Below, one piece after another: positions 1 to 15,105 of a stretch of DNA of 64,000 nucleotides. Numbering within the stretch: position 1 is the stretch's first letter; each line of letters begins with the position of its first letter. A program made the position numbers and the translations under genes. The stretch is from assembly GCF_009914755.1 (NCBI RefSeq), contig NC_060925.1. The stretch is one strand, 5' to 3'. The DNA is from the human T2T-CHM13v2.0 reference genome, Homo sapiens. The notes beneath the pieces are model-generated. The model was not told the DNA's origin. It saw only the letters and a program-made list of their open reading frames with translations, and did no database searches.

Positions 1-346
1 CAGATGGAAAATGGACAGTTCCTCTGATTGGTTGCTTTCTGCAGCCAATCAGATATTTGCATAGAAGTGTAACTTTGTAACTTCACTTCAGCCTCTGATT
101 GTGGACCACTATTCATTTGCATGGGGTGAACACCAAGTGGCCAATGGCAAACTTCTAGGAGGTATTTGGACCCCAAAAGATTCTGAATCCGGGCTCTTGA
201 GCCCCTATGCTTGGCCTGCTCCCACCCTGTGGAGTGTACTTTCATTTTCAATAAATGAAAATTTGTTTGCTCCTTGTTTTGTTTGTGCGTTCTGTCCAGT
301 TCTTTGTTCAAAATGCGAAGAACCTGAACGCCCTCCACTGGTAACA
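1..346 (+). mobile_element. 3' part of an ERV1-class LTR
   Basis: CCAAT motifs, AATAAA near 250 and an LTR-like end ...ccctccactggtaaca; subfamily not assigned. Confidence 0.55.
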
Positions 347-1843
347 AGCAGATCTCATTTTAAGTGTTTTTATTACAACTTAAAAAAGAAAGCTTTAATT
401 TGTTACCTATTTGTATATTTATATATCTGTGTATGCCTAAATGCATACAAATAAAGGAATATTAATAGAGCCTTTATTATAATCTATTAGAAAATTATGT
501 ACCAAAGGAGTAAAATTAGGATTTGGCTCTGTCATGTAAAATGACTCAGTTGTTTTGCACCCAGATTACTAGAGGTTATTTTTTTCACCAAATTATTCTG
601 TTAACTCTCAGTGTTTTTCACATGCTCTTAAAACGTCTTGTTAGAAATTCCCTTGGATAGCCCTGACCTGATTTTATTTGTTCATATTTTAAAATGCTAT
701 CACAGACCTAAATTCACCCTTAAAGTAGAGACCACTCCAGAAATTAAATCAGCTCCAATGACTGAAATAATTGCCTGCATCTGGGTCTGCTGGCTGCTAA
801 AGTGTAAAAGAGTAAGCATATACACTAATGGCAGATGCACTTTTGGGGAGTCTGTGAATTGGGAATGCTTTGGAAATGAAGAGTTTTCTAACCTCCACAA
901 AAATCTGCAAAAATTGGATGACGGATTAAAAATAAAACTTTCAGCTGCTTTGCTGTTACCTGAGGAAATAGCTGTAATAAAAGTAGACCACCATTCAATG
1001 CACAAAGACCCAGAATTTCTAGTAATACTTTAGCTGGCCACCATGCTAACCCCAGTAGCGTCACCAAGATCAATGCTCCTGCAAATCACACAGAAAAGAG
1101 GGGTCTTGGAGGATTCAAAGAGGCCATTTTTAACTGTCAGAGACAAACCCCTGATTCCCAAAAGTAGAAAAGTGAAAAAATCTGGAAGTGGGAAAAGTTT
1201 GGATGTTCATGGCAAAAGAGACTATTTGATGCTGTCAGGATAGCTGACACATAATGGCGAATGATTTAAAGGGGAATTTCAGAAAAATGCTTTGCGATAT
1301 TACTCATAATAGCAGGGACAAATTGGCAACTATACTAAATCAACATTGGTGGGGGTAATTTTAGAGGTATTTCCAAGGATATTTTAAAAACTTGTCCTAC
1401 TGCCAACAATGCGATCCTAGCAAATGCAAAGGTGGGATATGAACAAGAACTAAGATCTCGAGGGCCCTTCAGACCTCCAATCACTTTATACAAATGCCTC
1501 CTGCAATGGACTAGAAATATGCTCTGATTATTTTGGTTTTTTTTTTTCTCCTTCAAGATGGATTAAAGCTTTTCCTTGCCGGAGAGTTATGGCTGTTATA
1601 ACTGTGGCAAAAATTTCTGCTTGATTTTGTTTTCCAACCTGGAATTTCCACTTATTTCTCTAATAATGACAACGACACTCATTTTACTGGTATTGTTATT
1701 AAGGAACTCTGTAAAGTTTGCCTTTTACCCAAAAACTTTACTGTCCTTATCATCCACGGTCCTCAGGAAAAACAGAGAGAACTAATGAAATTTGACAGCT
1801 AAGATGAACAAAGCTCCCTTAAACTCCAATGGTCTAAAATCTT

Positions 1844-2671
1844 CTCTTTTCCAGCTGGAACCATAGAGGGTGTCAAAGAGAAGAAGAAGAAGGTTCCTGC
1901 TGTGCCAGAAACCCTTCAGAAAAAGAAAAGGAATTTTGCAGAGCTAAAGATCAAGTGCCTGAGAAATAAGTTTGCCCAAAAGATGCTTCAAAAGGCAAGG
2001 AGGAAACTTATCTGTGAAAAAGCGAATAGGCAGATGTACAGAACTGAAATTTGAATAGTGAGGGGGGCAAGAAAAGCTGGCAACTTCTATGTACGTGCAG
2101 AACCCAAATTGGCATTTGTCATCGGGATCAGAGGTATCAATGGTGTGAACCCAAAGGTCCAAAAGGTGTTGCAGCTTCTTCGCCTTTGTCAAATCTTCAA
2201 TGGAAACTTTGTGAAGCTTAACAGGGCTTCAGTTAACATGCTGAGGATTGTAGAGCCATATATTGCATGCGGGTACCCAAATCTGAAGTCAGTAAATGAA
2301 CTAGGCTACAAGCGTGGTTATGGCAAAATCAATAAGAAAAGAATTGCTTTGACAGACAACGCTTTGATTGCTTGATCTCTTGGTAAATATGGCATTATCT
2401 GCATGGAGGATCTGATTCAAGGGATCTATACTGTTGGAAAAGTCTGCAAAAAAACAAATAACTTCCTGTGGCCCTTCAAATTATCTTATCCACGAGGTGG
2501 AATGAAGAAAAAGGCCACCCATTTTGTAGAAGGTGGAGATGCTGGCAACAGGGAGGACCAGATCAACAGGCTTATTAGAAGAATGAACTAAGGTGTCTTC
2601 CATGATTATTTTTCTAAGCTGGTCAGTTAATAAACAGTACCTGCTCTCAAATTGAAAAAATAAAAATAAAA
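1844..2671 (+). pseudogene. Processed pseudogene of ribosomal protein L7 (RPL7)
   Basis: Intronless RPL7-like fragments ([35 protein letters not shown]; [42 protein letters not shown]). Pyrimidine-rich 5' leader, ATG changed to ATA at 1863, in-frame stops, AATAAA plus A-rich tail, TSD TAAAATCTT at 1835-1843 and 2672-2680. Confidence 0.95.
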
Positions 2672-2756
2672 TAAAATCTTACCTCTAGCTTCAGTGTGTA
2701 TAAGATCAGCCCCTTCTGGGACCCACAGGTTACCTCCTTATGAATTAATACGAGGC

Positions 2757-2942
2757 CAAGCTGGGTGCGGTGGCTCGCGTCTATAATCTTAGCTATTCAG
2801 GAGGCTGAGGTGGGAGATTGCTTGAAGCCAAGAGTTTGAGGCTGTAGTGCACTATGATTGCACCTGTGAAGAGCTACTGCACTCCAGCCTGGGCAACATA
2901 GCAACACCCTGTCTCTAAAAAAAAGAAAAAGAAAAAGAAAAA
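2757..2942 (+). mobile_element. Alu monomer (FAM/FLAM-like)
   Basis: Single Alu arm with A-rich tail. Confidence 0.75.
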
Positions 2943-3469
2943 TGGCCTGTCCATGTATTTGAAAATTTCACCACCAATCTTTGATTTGGTCCTATTACAA
3001 TTATGATGAAATATGATTAAGAATTGCAAGGGCGTCATAGAATACCTTCAGCTTTATCATCAACAGATATGATCTTCATTTCCAAACAACTCACCTGTGA
3101 TTCACAACAAGAGATTTAGTGTTCTGGAAAAGACCTGAGATTAACTGCCTTTGATCCTCGAGGAAATGGACCTTATCAGATACTTAACAACTGACCCAGC
3201 AGTAATATTCCAAAGTATGGATCCTTAGGTAAATTATTTCCTAGCTCAAAAGACATACAATATTTCCTCCTGACTCTTGGACACCCATTCCACTGGAAAT
3301 CTTAAACTGAGATTCTTAGGTATGCTCCAGAAGATGCTGACTTCAGAGGTGGATAGCTTCTGCCCAGCACTTTGGATAAGGATTAACAATCTGACTCAAC
3401 ACCCTTTCCTGGCTATTATTCTACTCTGAAGCCATCTAAAATATTAATGTTAGCTTCCTATTTTCATCC

Positions 3470-3470
3470 T

Positions 3471-3504
<34 letters not shown>

Positions 3505-3655
3505 TTTAAAAGCCAGGGTCTCACTCTGTTGCTCAGGCTAGAGTACAGTGGCACAATCATGGCTCACTGCAGCCTCAGACTCCTGGGCTCTAGTGATTCT
3601 CCCACCTCAGTTTCCCAAGTACCTGGTATGATGGGCACAAGCCACTGTACCTGGC
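3470..3655 (-). mobile_element. Alu monomer (FRAM/AluJ-like)
   Basis: (TTTA)n tail followed by a reverse Alu right arm. Confidence 0.75.
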
Positions 3656-4279
3656 CCTCATCCTGTTACTTCTGACCTCTTATGTTCTCTATCTACCACT
3701 TAACAGAAAACAAAATTTTCTTATACTTTTTTTTCCCAAACCATTGCTGCCACTCTGAATCTAACAACCCTGCTGACAAAAATTTCATAGCTGTCCTTTT
3801 AAAACCTTCACAAGGCAACCTCCCTTTAACTGGCTCCTTATGGTAATTATGTTTCACTCACATCATTCATCCCAACCTTCAGTCTTGCAACAATTGTGCT
3901 TAGACTTCGTGCCAACAAATTGCTTCTGCTGAGGCCATTACAAGGCCAATAAATCAGGACTAATATTGGGTCTATTCTGGCTACCACGGTTGTTTGCTTT
4001 CTTCAGAGACATCTGAGCCTGCTTTGCAGAAACTATTTAATTCCACTCAAGGAATCTGTCCATCTTGAGGAACACAAAAGTGACTCATTCCTATTGTAAT
4101 AAATGATACTTAATACCAGTATAATCAGTGCTCCACTAAAATCCTGTTTCTTACATGACATCAGGATCATTCTGTCCACTGCTACCCTGTGATTCCAATG
4201 AATTGTTAGAGATTGCCAGATATTTAAAACTATCATCCCACCAGGAAATCATGTTTTCTTGAAAAAGATATACAGAAGT

Positions 4280-5045
<766 letters not shown>

Positions 5046-5626
5046 ACAACAGCGTGCACATTCTTCCCCAGGGCACCACTTCCGCCTCCCTCATCCCCAC
5101 TGCTCCCGATCCCTGTCCACAGACCCACTTCCCGCCCTGGTGTGATCCTCGTGGCCACTGTGGCCCCTACTTTGGAGATCCTGCTGGTCCAGTTCTTCCC
5201 GCCTTCCGCAGAGCCGTACTCCTCCTTCTGAAGAAGCCACCTGGGACCTGGGCCCCGTCTTCCTGGCTCCTCAGAGTCCTTGCAACAGCAGGCACCGCTT
5301 CTCTCTCCTACACTCAACCCCTCTCCCACTCCACTGCCTCTCAGTGTGCAAAAACAGTAAGAAGTGTCCCGTATTTTCAAAATCTCTCCCCTGTAGTTCC
5401 CACCTGACTTCTAGTCGTAGGTGGCCAAAGTACAGTGTTTTTGAAGGATTGTTTTATTCCCAGTGCCTGGAATATGGTAGGATCTCAACAACTGTTGTTT
5501 CAATAAAGGAATGACCAAATGGGTGAATACTAATGTAACAATATCAATTCTGTTTCTTTCATAATTATTCTCATAAGTGTTAGCTTTCTTAAAAAATCAT
5601 CTTCACAATTGGACCTAGACATTTTA

Positions 5627-6015
<389 letters not shown>

Positions 6016-6349
6016 CTATTCAGAAGTCCAAGCACTTGTGTGTGCATGGTGCTATCGTCTTGCTGTAGGCAAACCTACATGGGAATCCACCTTGACACAT
6101 AGGCCACTTCCTGAGCCTGGACCCAGTCTCAGAGCTGGGGAACTGGCCCAATGCAAAAGGGTCGGGAGCATCTGCAACAGAGACTGAGCTCTATCAGCTT
6201 CGGTGACATAGCCTCCATTCACGCTCCCCAACTCAGCAGAGAGAGCACACCATCAGACTTCTAAGACTTAGTAGCCAAGAAGTGTTGAATTAAACTCTCT
6301 GAGACCTCTCTTTAGTCTGACCCTGGCAGCCTCAGTCTCCCAGAGCCTG

Positions 6350-6950
6350 TGGGAACTCGGCAGCCGAGAGGCAGAAGGCTGGGCGACGTCCGGAGAAGAA
6401 GAAACGGGGGAAGAACTTTTCTCTTACGATCTGGCTTTACTCTCACGCGCACAGCCGAGTCCCTGGGGACCCAGCAGAGGTCCGAAGCGGAGCGGGGCGG
6501 GGCGGGGCTACGGAAGCTGGCGAGGCCGAGCCCCTCCTAGTGGTTCCGGACCTTGCTCCCTGAACACTCGGAGGTGGCGGTGGATCTTACTCCTTCCAGC
6601 CAGTGAGGATCCAGCAACCTGCTCCGTGCCTCCCGCGCCTGTTGGTTGGAAGTGACGACCTTGAAGATCGGCCGGTTGGAAGTGACGACCTTGAAGATCG
6701 GCGGGCGCAGCGGGGCCGAGGGGGCGGGTCTGGCGCTAGGTCCAGCCCCTGCGTGCCGGGAACCCCAGAGGAGGTCGCAGTTCAGCCCAGCTGAGGCCTG
6801 TCTGCAGAATCGACACCAACCAGCATCATGTCCATGACACTGGGGTACTGGGACATCCGCGGGGTGAGTGAGGGTCCGCTGCACTGTGGGACCGGGCGCG
6901 TGGGCGGGAAGTGCCGAGCGGCTGGGGACCGGCTCTAGGGACGGTTCCCT
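6350..6950 (+). promoter_or_regulatory. GSTM4 CpG-island promoter
   Basis: CpG-rich, GC boxes (GGGGCGGGGCGGGG near 6494-6507), tandem 29-bp repeat with GGAAGTGACG at 6644-6702. Confidence 0.8.
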
Positions 6951-6986
6951 CCTTAGGGCTATCTCTCACAGGAGGGCCTGTGCATG

Positions 6987-7040
<54 letters not shown>

Positions 7041-10000
7041 CGCCGGGGTGGGGGGGGGTGCAGTGCAGTGTAGACTAGGGGCTCACCTGGTGCAGAGAAA
7101 GTCACCAAGTCAGGGACCCTCCATCTCTGACACGACCTGCGGGCCATCTCTTCCAGCTGGCCCACGCCATCCGCCTGCTCCTGGAATACACAGACTCAAG
7201 CTACGAGGAAAAGAAGTATACGATGGGGGACGGTAATGACACCCTTGTGTCCGGGCTCTGCCCACTCACGCTGAGTTGGCACCAAGCAACCCATGGTGGC
7301 CACCTGTGGCTACCTCTGCAGGCCTCCCCTGCTGGAGCTGCAGGCTGTCCCTTCCCTGAGCCCCGGTGAGGGAGTCCTGTGGCCTTGCAAGGCAGAATGC
7401 TGGGGCGGGATGCTGGGCCCCCTGTTTAATTGGGTTGGGTGTCCCTCAGAGCTTCCCTAAACCCTGGAAGCCTTAGCCGTGTGGGGTCCAGAGCCCTCAG
7501 CGGGATTCTTTGTCCCTGAACCCTGGGATGTGGGACTGAGTGGTCAGATTCTAGATCCACCTGTCTCAGGGATCTTGCCACTGGTTCCTTGGGAGGGTCC
7601 CCGGGAAGGAGGGCTGGGCTCTGGGGAGGTTTGTTTTCACTTCTTCTTCCCCACGGCAGCTCCTGACTATGACAGAAGCCAGTGGCTGAATGAAAAATTC
7701 AAGCTGGGCCTGGACTTTCCCAATGTAGGTGCAGGGGAAGGGGCGGTTTTGGGGGAAAGTGCGACGTGTCTCTGACTGCATCTCCTCTCCCCAGATTAGA
7801 GGTGTTCGGATCAGGAGTCTTCTGCCCAATTCCTCTCACTCCTGGTTGTCTACACAGCCCCTGCATGATGTTCTGTGTCCCAGCTCATTTGTTCATGTGA
7901 CAGTATTTCTATGTCAGGCCTGCCATGAGCGGGCACAGTGAGTGCCTGGTCTCCCCTCTGCCCTTGCATATGGGAAGGGGATGCTGGGGAGCCTGCTGGC
8001 CCAACTGAGCTTCCCCGGTTTCCCATCTATCCAGCTGCCCTACTTGATTGATGGGGCTCACAAGATCACCCAGAGCAACGCCATCCTGTGCTACATTGCC
8101 CGCAAGCACAACCTGTGTGAGTGTGGTTGGCTGCAGTGTGTGGGGGGAAGGTGGCATCCTCCTTGGCTGGATTGGGGTGCTATGCTCAGAGTGAGTCTGT
8201 GTTTTGTGGGTGGCAGGTGGGGAGACAGAAGAGGAGAAGATTCGTGTGGACATTTTGGAGAACCAGGCTATGGACGTCTCCAATCAGCTGGCCAGAGTCT
8301 GCTACAGCCCTGACTTTGTGAGTCCCTCCCTGGTCTGGACCAGAAGCCAGGCTTGTATTCCCATCTACTCTGGTCCTATTCACAATTTGAACTCCTCACT
8401 GCTATTGATCCTCTGAGGGTTCCCTGTACTGTAGCAGAGTGACTGTCATATCATTAAACTTATAAAATAAAAACTTGAAATCAGTCCCCACCAATCATAG
8501 GAAGTCCTATGAAAGCTAGCAATTCAGTTCCTAGACGATAAAGTCATGCGTTCAGAATTCCCTTCACCTCTGACCCCTGACCTCTGCCACGGGCCATCTA
8601 ACCCAGCTGGTTCATGCCATCTGCCTGTTCGGGGAATACGCAGACTCACACTATGGGGTAAAGAAGTATGTAGTGGGATGTAATAGCACCCTCCTCTGTG
8701 GAATTCCGTGCTATTCTTTTCCTAGTGCTTCTCCTTGACACGCACAGGGATGAATGCATTTTCCTAACAGGCAGCTCAGGGGCGGCCAGAGGGCCTTTGT
8801 TCCTCTGTCTCCTTCCATGCAGCCTCTCAAAATCTCATCTCTCCAGAAACTACTCAATGTCCATTGTATTATTCTGCCACTGCACTAGGAGGAACTTTCA
8901 ACTTCTTTCTCTGAGCTCCTTTAGTTCTTTGTATCCTTGATTTTGCTCGTGTCTGGGTCCAGAGCCTGCCAGGTACTCAGGTGCTCCTGGGCTGACCCAG
9001 AGGAGGGTGGTTGGGAGGTCAGTGGGGACAGATTCAGGGATAGTGTTGCATTCCTCTCTGCCTTCCCATCACCACAAAAGCCTCCAGCTACCCATTTGGA
9101 GTGTAATAAATGCTGGTATGTCCAGCTGAAGCCAGTTCCAGCTGTGGGGAAGATGGCTGCTTGCTCGTGGCCAGCTGGGGCCATACACAGCCCTGGGGAG
9201 GCCACATCTGTGCAGGGAGCTTGTGTCTGAGGGTGGTGACAGCTGTTTTCTGCCTCAGGAGAAACTGAAGCCAGAATACTTGGAGGAACTTCCTACAATG
9301 ATGCAGCACTTCTCACAGTTCCTGGGGAAGAGGCCATGGTTTGTTGGAGACAAGGTAATGGGGGCATGTGATGAGGACACTAGAGATTTGCCATACATCC
9401 TATGTTACAGAGATTCCAGCCCACACATTCTTGGCCTTCTGCAGATCACCTTTGTAGATTTCCTCGCCTATGATGTCCTTGACCTCCACCGTATATTTGA
9501 GCCCAACTGCTTGGACGCCTTCCCAAATCTGAAGGACTTCATCTCCCGCTTTGAGGTGATGCCCCCATCCTCCTTTCTCTTTGATGCCCCTTGTTCCGTT
9601 ACCTCCTTTCAGATGCTTTCCCAGTCCTGGATCTGCATAAAGAATAACTTGCATTTATTGAGTGCTGGCTTCATGCCAGGAACCTTGCCCAGCACATTAT
9701 ACCTATCGTGTGGAATTTGAAATTTCCAACATTCCTACAGGGTGACAGAATTATCTTGCCCATTTAGAGATAAGAAAACTTTGAATGAGAGGGTCAGTCC
9801 TTTGTTCTGGGTCCCAGAGCCAGTGGAGGCTGTGCTGGGCTCCCTGTGAGCATCTGGATCTATGGGTGGCAGTCAGGGCTCTCCCTTTTGTGACAAAAGA
9901 AAGAAGCCTCAGGCCTCATCCAGCCTGGATTTCACAGCCCAGGGCACTTTGGAAGAGGCAGAGAACTTTAGGAGCATGGATGCAGCTGGCAATAGTAGGA

Positions 10001-11699
10001 CTGACACACGGTGGCATTGACGTCGAGTACGAAACCCACAGGCAGTATTCATAGCTACTCCCAGAAGCTTTGCACGATCAGACCCCCACGTGGGGAATCC
10101 TGAGAGCCAGAGCTGTGGCCAGAGCTGGATTAGGGTACATATGTGGGTGCCCCTGTTGAAGGAGTGTATGTTGAAGTGCTCTGTGCTGGGGCACTCTCCT
10201 TCTTTATCTTTTTTCCTCTCTTTTTTCCCTCCAGTGTTCCAAGTGTTCCCCCTGTGAGATGAGTAGCACACTGATTTTACTGCTATTCACCGACCTTCTC
10301 CTCTGCATGAGGCAGGGTGTGAGGCACAGTGGGAGTTGCATAGATGACTGCCCCATCCTGGAAATGAGTGCAGTGAGAGGCCTGCAGGCAGAGCAGCCTG
10401 TGAGGTGTGTGGCACCACCTGGGTACCAGGCCTGGGGCCTGCCCCTCACTCATGGGGAACCATCCCTCACCCGTGCTGAATTTGTTTGAGAGCAGCAAAT
10501 CCTACTTTTAGTACAGATGTGAGAATTTGAGGCATTAGTCCAACAAGTTTTTCAGCCTAGAATTTGTTTTCCTTTCCCACTACCCATCAAGGGATCTGGT
10601 TACTCAGCTAGTTCCCATCAGCTCTGGCTGTGGTCTCGGCTGAGTGGCCTTGGGGTTATGTAAGAGGTAGTGGGAGGGGAAGAGAGCTGAGGGCTGCAGC
10701 ATATGGTCCACCTGGGCTTGGCCCTTTGGGAATAGGCAGCCCTGGCTCTCTCTGAATCCTTAGAAATTACACGGCTATTTGATCCTGGAAAGATCGTGCA
10801 GAGCACACCTGAGTGTCATACAGCCTGGTCTGAGGTAGTGGGGTTGGAGATGAGGTGGGTTGGGGCACAGTGGTGTTTAGCTCAGGTACCAGGTGGGGAG
10901 GTTTAGACTTTCTGCTTTAAAAGGAATGATTAGAGCCTGGTCTGGCGTTTCTTTTGCTGGTCCAACACACCTTGACCACTTTCATCCAGGTTTTGCCAGG
11001 TCCTTGGGTGAGATCTGGGCTCTCTTCCAGGCTGCACAGACATTTTCAGAGGTCCCCTCTGTGTGTGCAAACCTAGGCAAGCCAGGTGCCTCCCTGTGAA
11101 ACAGGAGAATGTTGTGTAGTCAGAGAGTGACAGGACCTCCTGAGGGATTTGGGGGAGGATGGGGATTTGACAGAAAGAGGCCAGAACTGGAGAGAGACAG
11201 AACCAGTCTACGTTGCAGCTCTGTCCCCCTTAGTAGCTATTTGAGTGTGAGGAAGTTACTGAACTTCTGTTTCCCACATGAGAAATGGTGATAATAGATT
11301 CAGCCTTGCAGAGTAGTCGAGTGGGTTTTCTAAGCTTATGTTGTAATTTCTCTTGGGTACAGAGCACCCAGCACCGTGTAGAATCTTCATAAGTGTTAGC
11401 TGTTACTGTGGTACAACATTACTTAAAGGAAGTTGGAAGAGTTAACTCCGCAAATCTGGGGACCCTAAGAGGCTGTGTGATGCCTCAGCACTTGAGCCCA
11501 CGTGGAAAGGCTGTGGCCAGGGCCCTGACCTGCTGTGTCTGCAGTGGGGTTGTCCCAGCCCTCATGGGCAGCTGACCTTGAGTTCTGGCCTTATTTTCCC
11601 CCCTCTCAGGGCTTGGAGAAGATCTCTGCCTACATGAAGTCCAGCCGCTTCCTCCCAAAACCTCTGTACACAAGGGTGGCTGTCTGGGGCAACAAGTAA
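6828..11699 (+). CDS. GSTM4: Glutathione S-transferase mu 4 (8 coding exons, 218 aa)
   Basis: Exons 6828-6863, 7157-7232, 7660-7724, 8035-8116, 8217-8317, 9259-9354, 9445-9555, 11610-11699, all GT-AG, total 657 nt. Protein [12 protein letters not shown]...ENQAMDVSNQLARVCYSPDF...LPTMMQHFSQF...FLPKPLYTRVAVWGNK is diagnostic of GSTM4. Confidence 0.97.
6989..7036 (+). repeat. (TG)n microsatellite in GSTM4 intron 1
   Basis: About 24 TG units. Confidence 0.95.
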
Positions 11700-12127
11700 T
11701 GCCTTGAAGGCCAGGAGGTGGGAGTGAGGAGCCCATACTCAGCCTGCTGCCCAGGCTGTGCAGCGCAGCTGGACTCTGCATCCCAGCACCTGCCTCCTCG
11801 TTCCTTTCTCCTGTTTATTCCCATCTTTACCCCCAAGACTTTATTGGGCCTCTTCACTTCCCCTAAACCCCTGTCCCATGCAGGCCCTTTGAAGCCTCAG
11901 CTACCCACTTTCCTTCATGAACATCCCCCTCCCAACACTACCCTTCCCTGCACTAAAGCCAGCCTGACCTTCCTTCCTGTTAGTGGTTGTATCTGCTTTG
12001 AAGGGCCTACCTGGCCCCTCGCCTGTGGAGCTCAGCCCTGAGCTGTCCCCGTGTTGCATGACAGCATTGACTGGTTTACAGGCCCTGCTCCTGCAGCATG
12101 GCCCCTGCCTTAGGCCTACCTGATCAA

Positions 12128-12133
12128 AATAAA
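12128..12133 (+). terminator. GSTM4 polyadenylation signal
   Basis: AATAAA about 430 nt after the stop codon. Confidence 0.75.
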
Positions 12134-12289
12134 GCCTCAGCCACATTTGCTATAGTCTTGTCTTATTTGCTCCTGGCTGCCCAGACTGTGTCTGTCACTG
12201 CCTCTTCTGAGGGACTGGCTGGTGACCCTGGCAGTAGCTGGGTTCATAGAGATTATGATGGGCTTAGTAAGGTGTTTCCAACTTTGTTT

Positions 12290-12713
<424 letters not shown>

Positions 12714-12964
12714 TAGGCAGAGCTAGGTCTCAGTGAGTACGTCTTAGATGCCCAGAGGTGGTGGAATTCCCATCACAGAGAACCAGGATCCTTCTGTCTT
12801 CCACACTGACTGACTCCATCACAGCTTAGATCTCTAGGACGCAAGCTCTACTGTGAGCTGCTTCACCAGAAGGTTCTCCCACTCAGCAGTTCCCAAGCTG
12901 TGTTATCACAAATAGTTGTTGATTTTGTGGGTTAGGAATTCAGGTGATGCCCAGCAGGGAGAAC

Positions 12965-13730
12965 TTATTACAAATCAACAAAGGTCTTTTCTCCAAAAAC
13001 TATATATCCAGAAATACGGCCCATTAAAAAATGAGTCAAAACTTGAACAGGCATTTCCGAAAAATGAATATCCAAATTGCCAACAAGCTCATGAGAAGGT
13101 GCTCAACATTATTAGAAAGCAGAAAGTTAAAAACCCATAAGATCCTACTGTATCCCCACTAGAATGGCTGACATTGAAAGGACTGACAATTGCTGGTGAT
13201 TTATGCAGTAACTGGAACTGTCATGCATTGCTGGTGGGAAAGCCACTTTGGAATACTGGCAGTGTCAACTAGAGCTAAACATACATCTACCCAGGACCCA
13301 GAAATCCCACCCTATAGGAATGAGTCTTAATGGATTCCAAGAGCCAGGTATAATGATGCCAAAAGCAGCTTTATTTTAAATAGCCAATAACTGAAAACAA
13401 TCCAAATTCCATGAATAGAAGAATGAACAAATAAACTGTGGTTTATCAACATAATTCCATCATTCATATAATGGTATATTTACTCTGCTATAATGAAAAT
13501 AAACATGCTAACACTATGTGCAAAAACATGGATGGGTCTCACAGAAGTGTTGAGTAAAAGGATCCAGACAGGAGAAAGGACACACGATCTCATTCCACTT
13601 ACACGAAATTCAGGAGAGGGAAATGAGTCCATGGTATCAGAGGTCAGATGATTGGTGACCTTGGTGAGAACTGGAAGGTTGCCTATTGAAGGCTCCTGGT
13701 GCAGTGCTGTAAGTTTTCTCTCTTTATCTG
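12965..13730 (+). mobile_element. Old L1 (L1M) 3' fragment; paralogous copy at about 27450-28190
   Basis: Resembles the L1 ORF2 3' end/UTR (gctcaacatcatta, actggaactgtcat..gctggtggga, gacccag.aatcccac). Confidence 0.65.
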
Positions 13731-13830
13731 GGAGGTGATTCCAGAAGAGTATCCAAGTGGAAAAGCCCACAGAGTAGCACACTTAAGGCCTATGCACTGT
13801 ATGTATTACACTTCAATGAAAAGCATGCTT

Positions 13831-14128
<298 letters not shown>

Positions 14129-14760
14129 GCATGCATTAAGGCCTGTGCACTGTATGTGTATTACACTTCAATGAAAAGCATGCTCATATGTCTTACATTA
14201 TTTGTGTGCTTGTGTTGGTTTGCTTTCCCTCATAAGATGTCAACGTCCTCAGGACATGTGTTTTTGTCTCTTCTTGTTCGCTGATGTAACAGGTGTTTGC
14301 ATATCACCTAGGACAGTCCCTGAGCATAGCAGGTGCTCACTGAATAGTTATTAGGCAAATTATAGGCTCTATCTTAATGGTGTCATTTCAAATTCCCTTT
14401 AGATTTTTATTTATGCCTACTTCTTTGGATAGGTGAGATTGATGGGCACATACACTCTTAGGTTCTGCAGTTTTTTCTCTTTAACATTTTACCTAAGAAT
14501 CTGTACATGTTGGCAGTCTATATGCATGCCTATTTCTAGCATTTAATGGCTATCATTACTTCCTGTGGATAAATTATAGTTTGCTTAGTCATTCTTACCC
14601 TATTGGGCATGTGGATTTTTCTCATTTATTTATTTTTAGAACAGAGTGATCATGTTTAAACTAATTCCTTCTCTGGTTTTTGGGTACTTTATTTGAGTTG
14701 GTCCCCAAAGGCAATTACTACAAGGCAAAAGGTGAGAATGGTGTTATGGTATTATCATAG

Positions 14761-15105
<345 letters not shown>

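Larger units (their letters stand above)
560..4270 (+). mobile_element. Degraded ERV internal region (RNase H-integrase, possible env remnant), interrupted by the RPL7 pseudogene and Alu monomers
   Basis: ORF 638-1033 has SIYTNGRCTFG and LLLPEEIAVIKV (resembles RNase H IYTDSxYAFG). About 1745-1770 reads PYHPRSSG (integrase YHPQSSG). After 2680 the sequence resumes with integrase-like IRSAP...PYELI. Boundaries approximate. Confidence 0.55.

Noticed and set aside
5054-5407. ORF with a near-identical copy at 33758-34018
   Set aside because: Similarity reflects segmental duplication; starts and ends differ and no domain is recognisable
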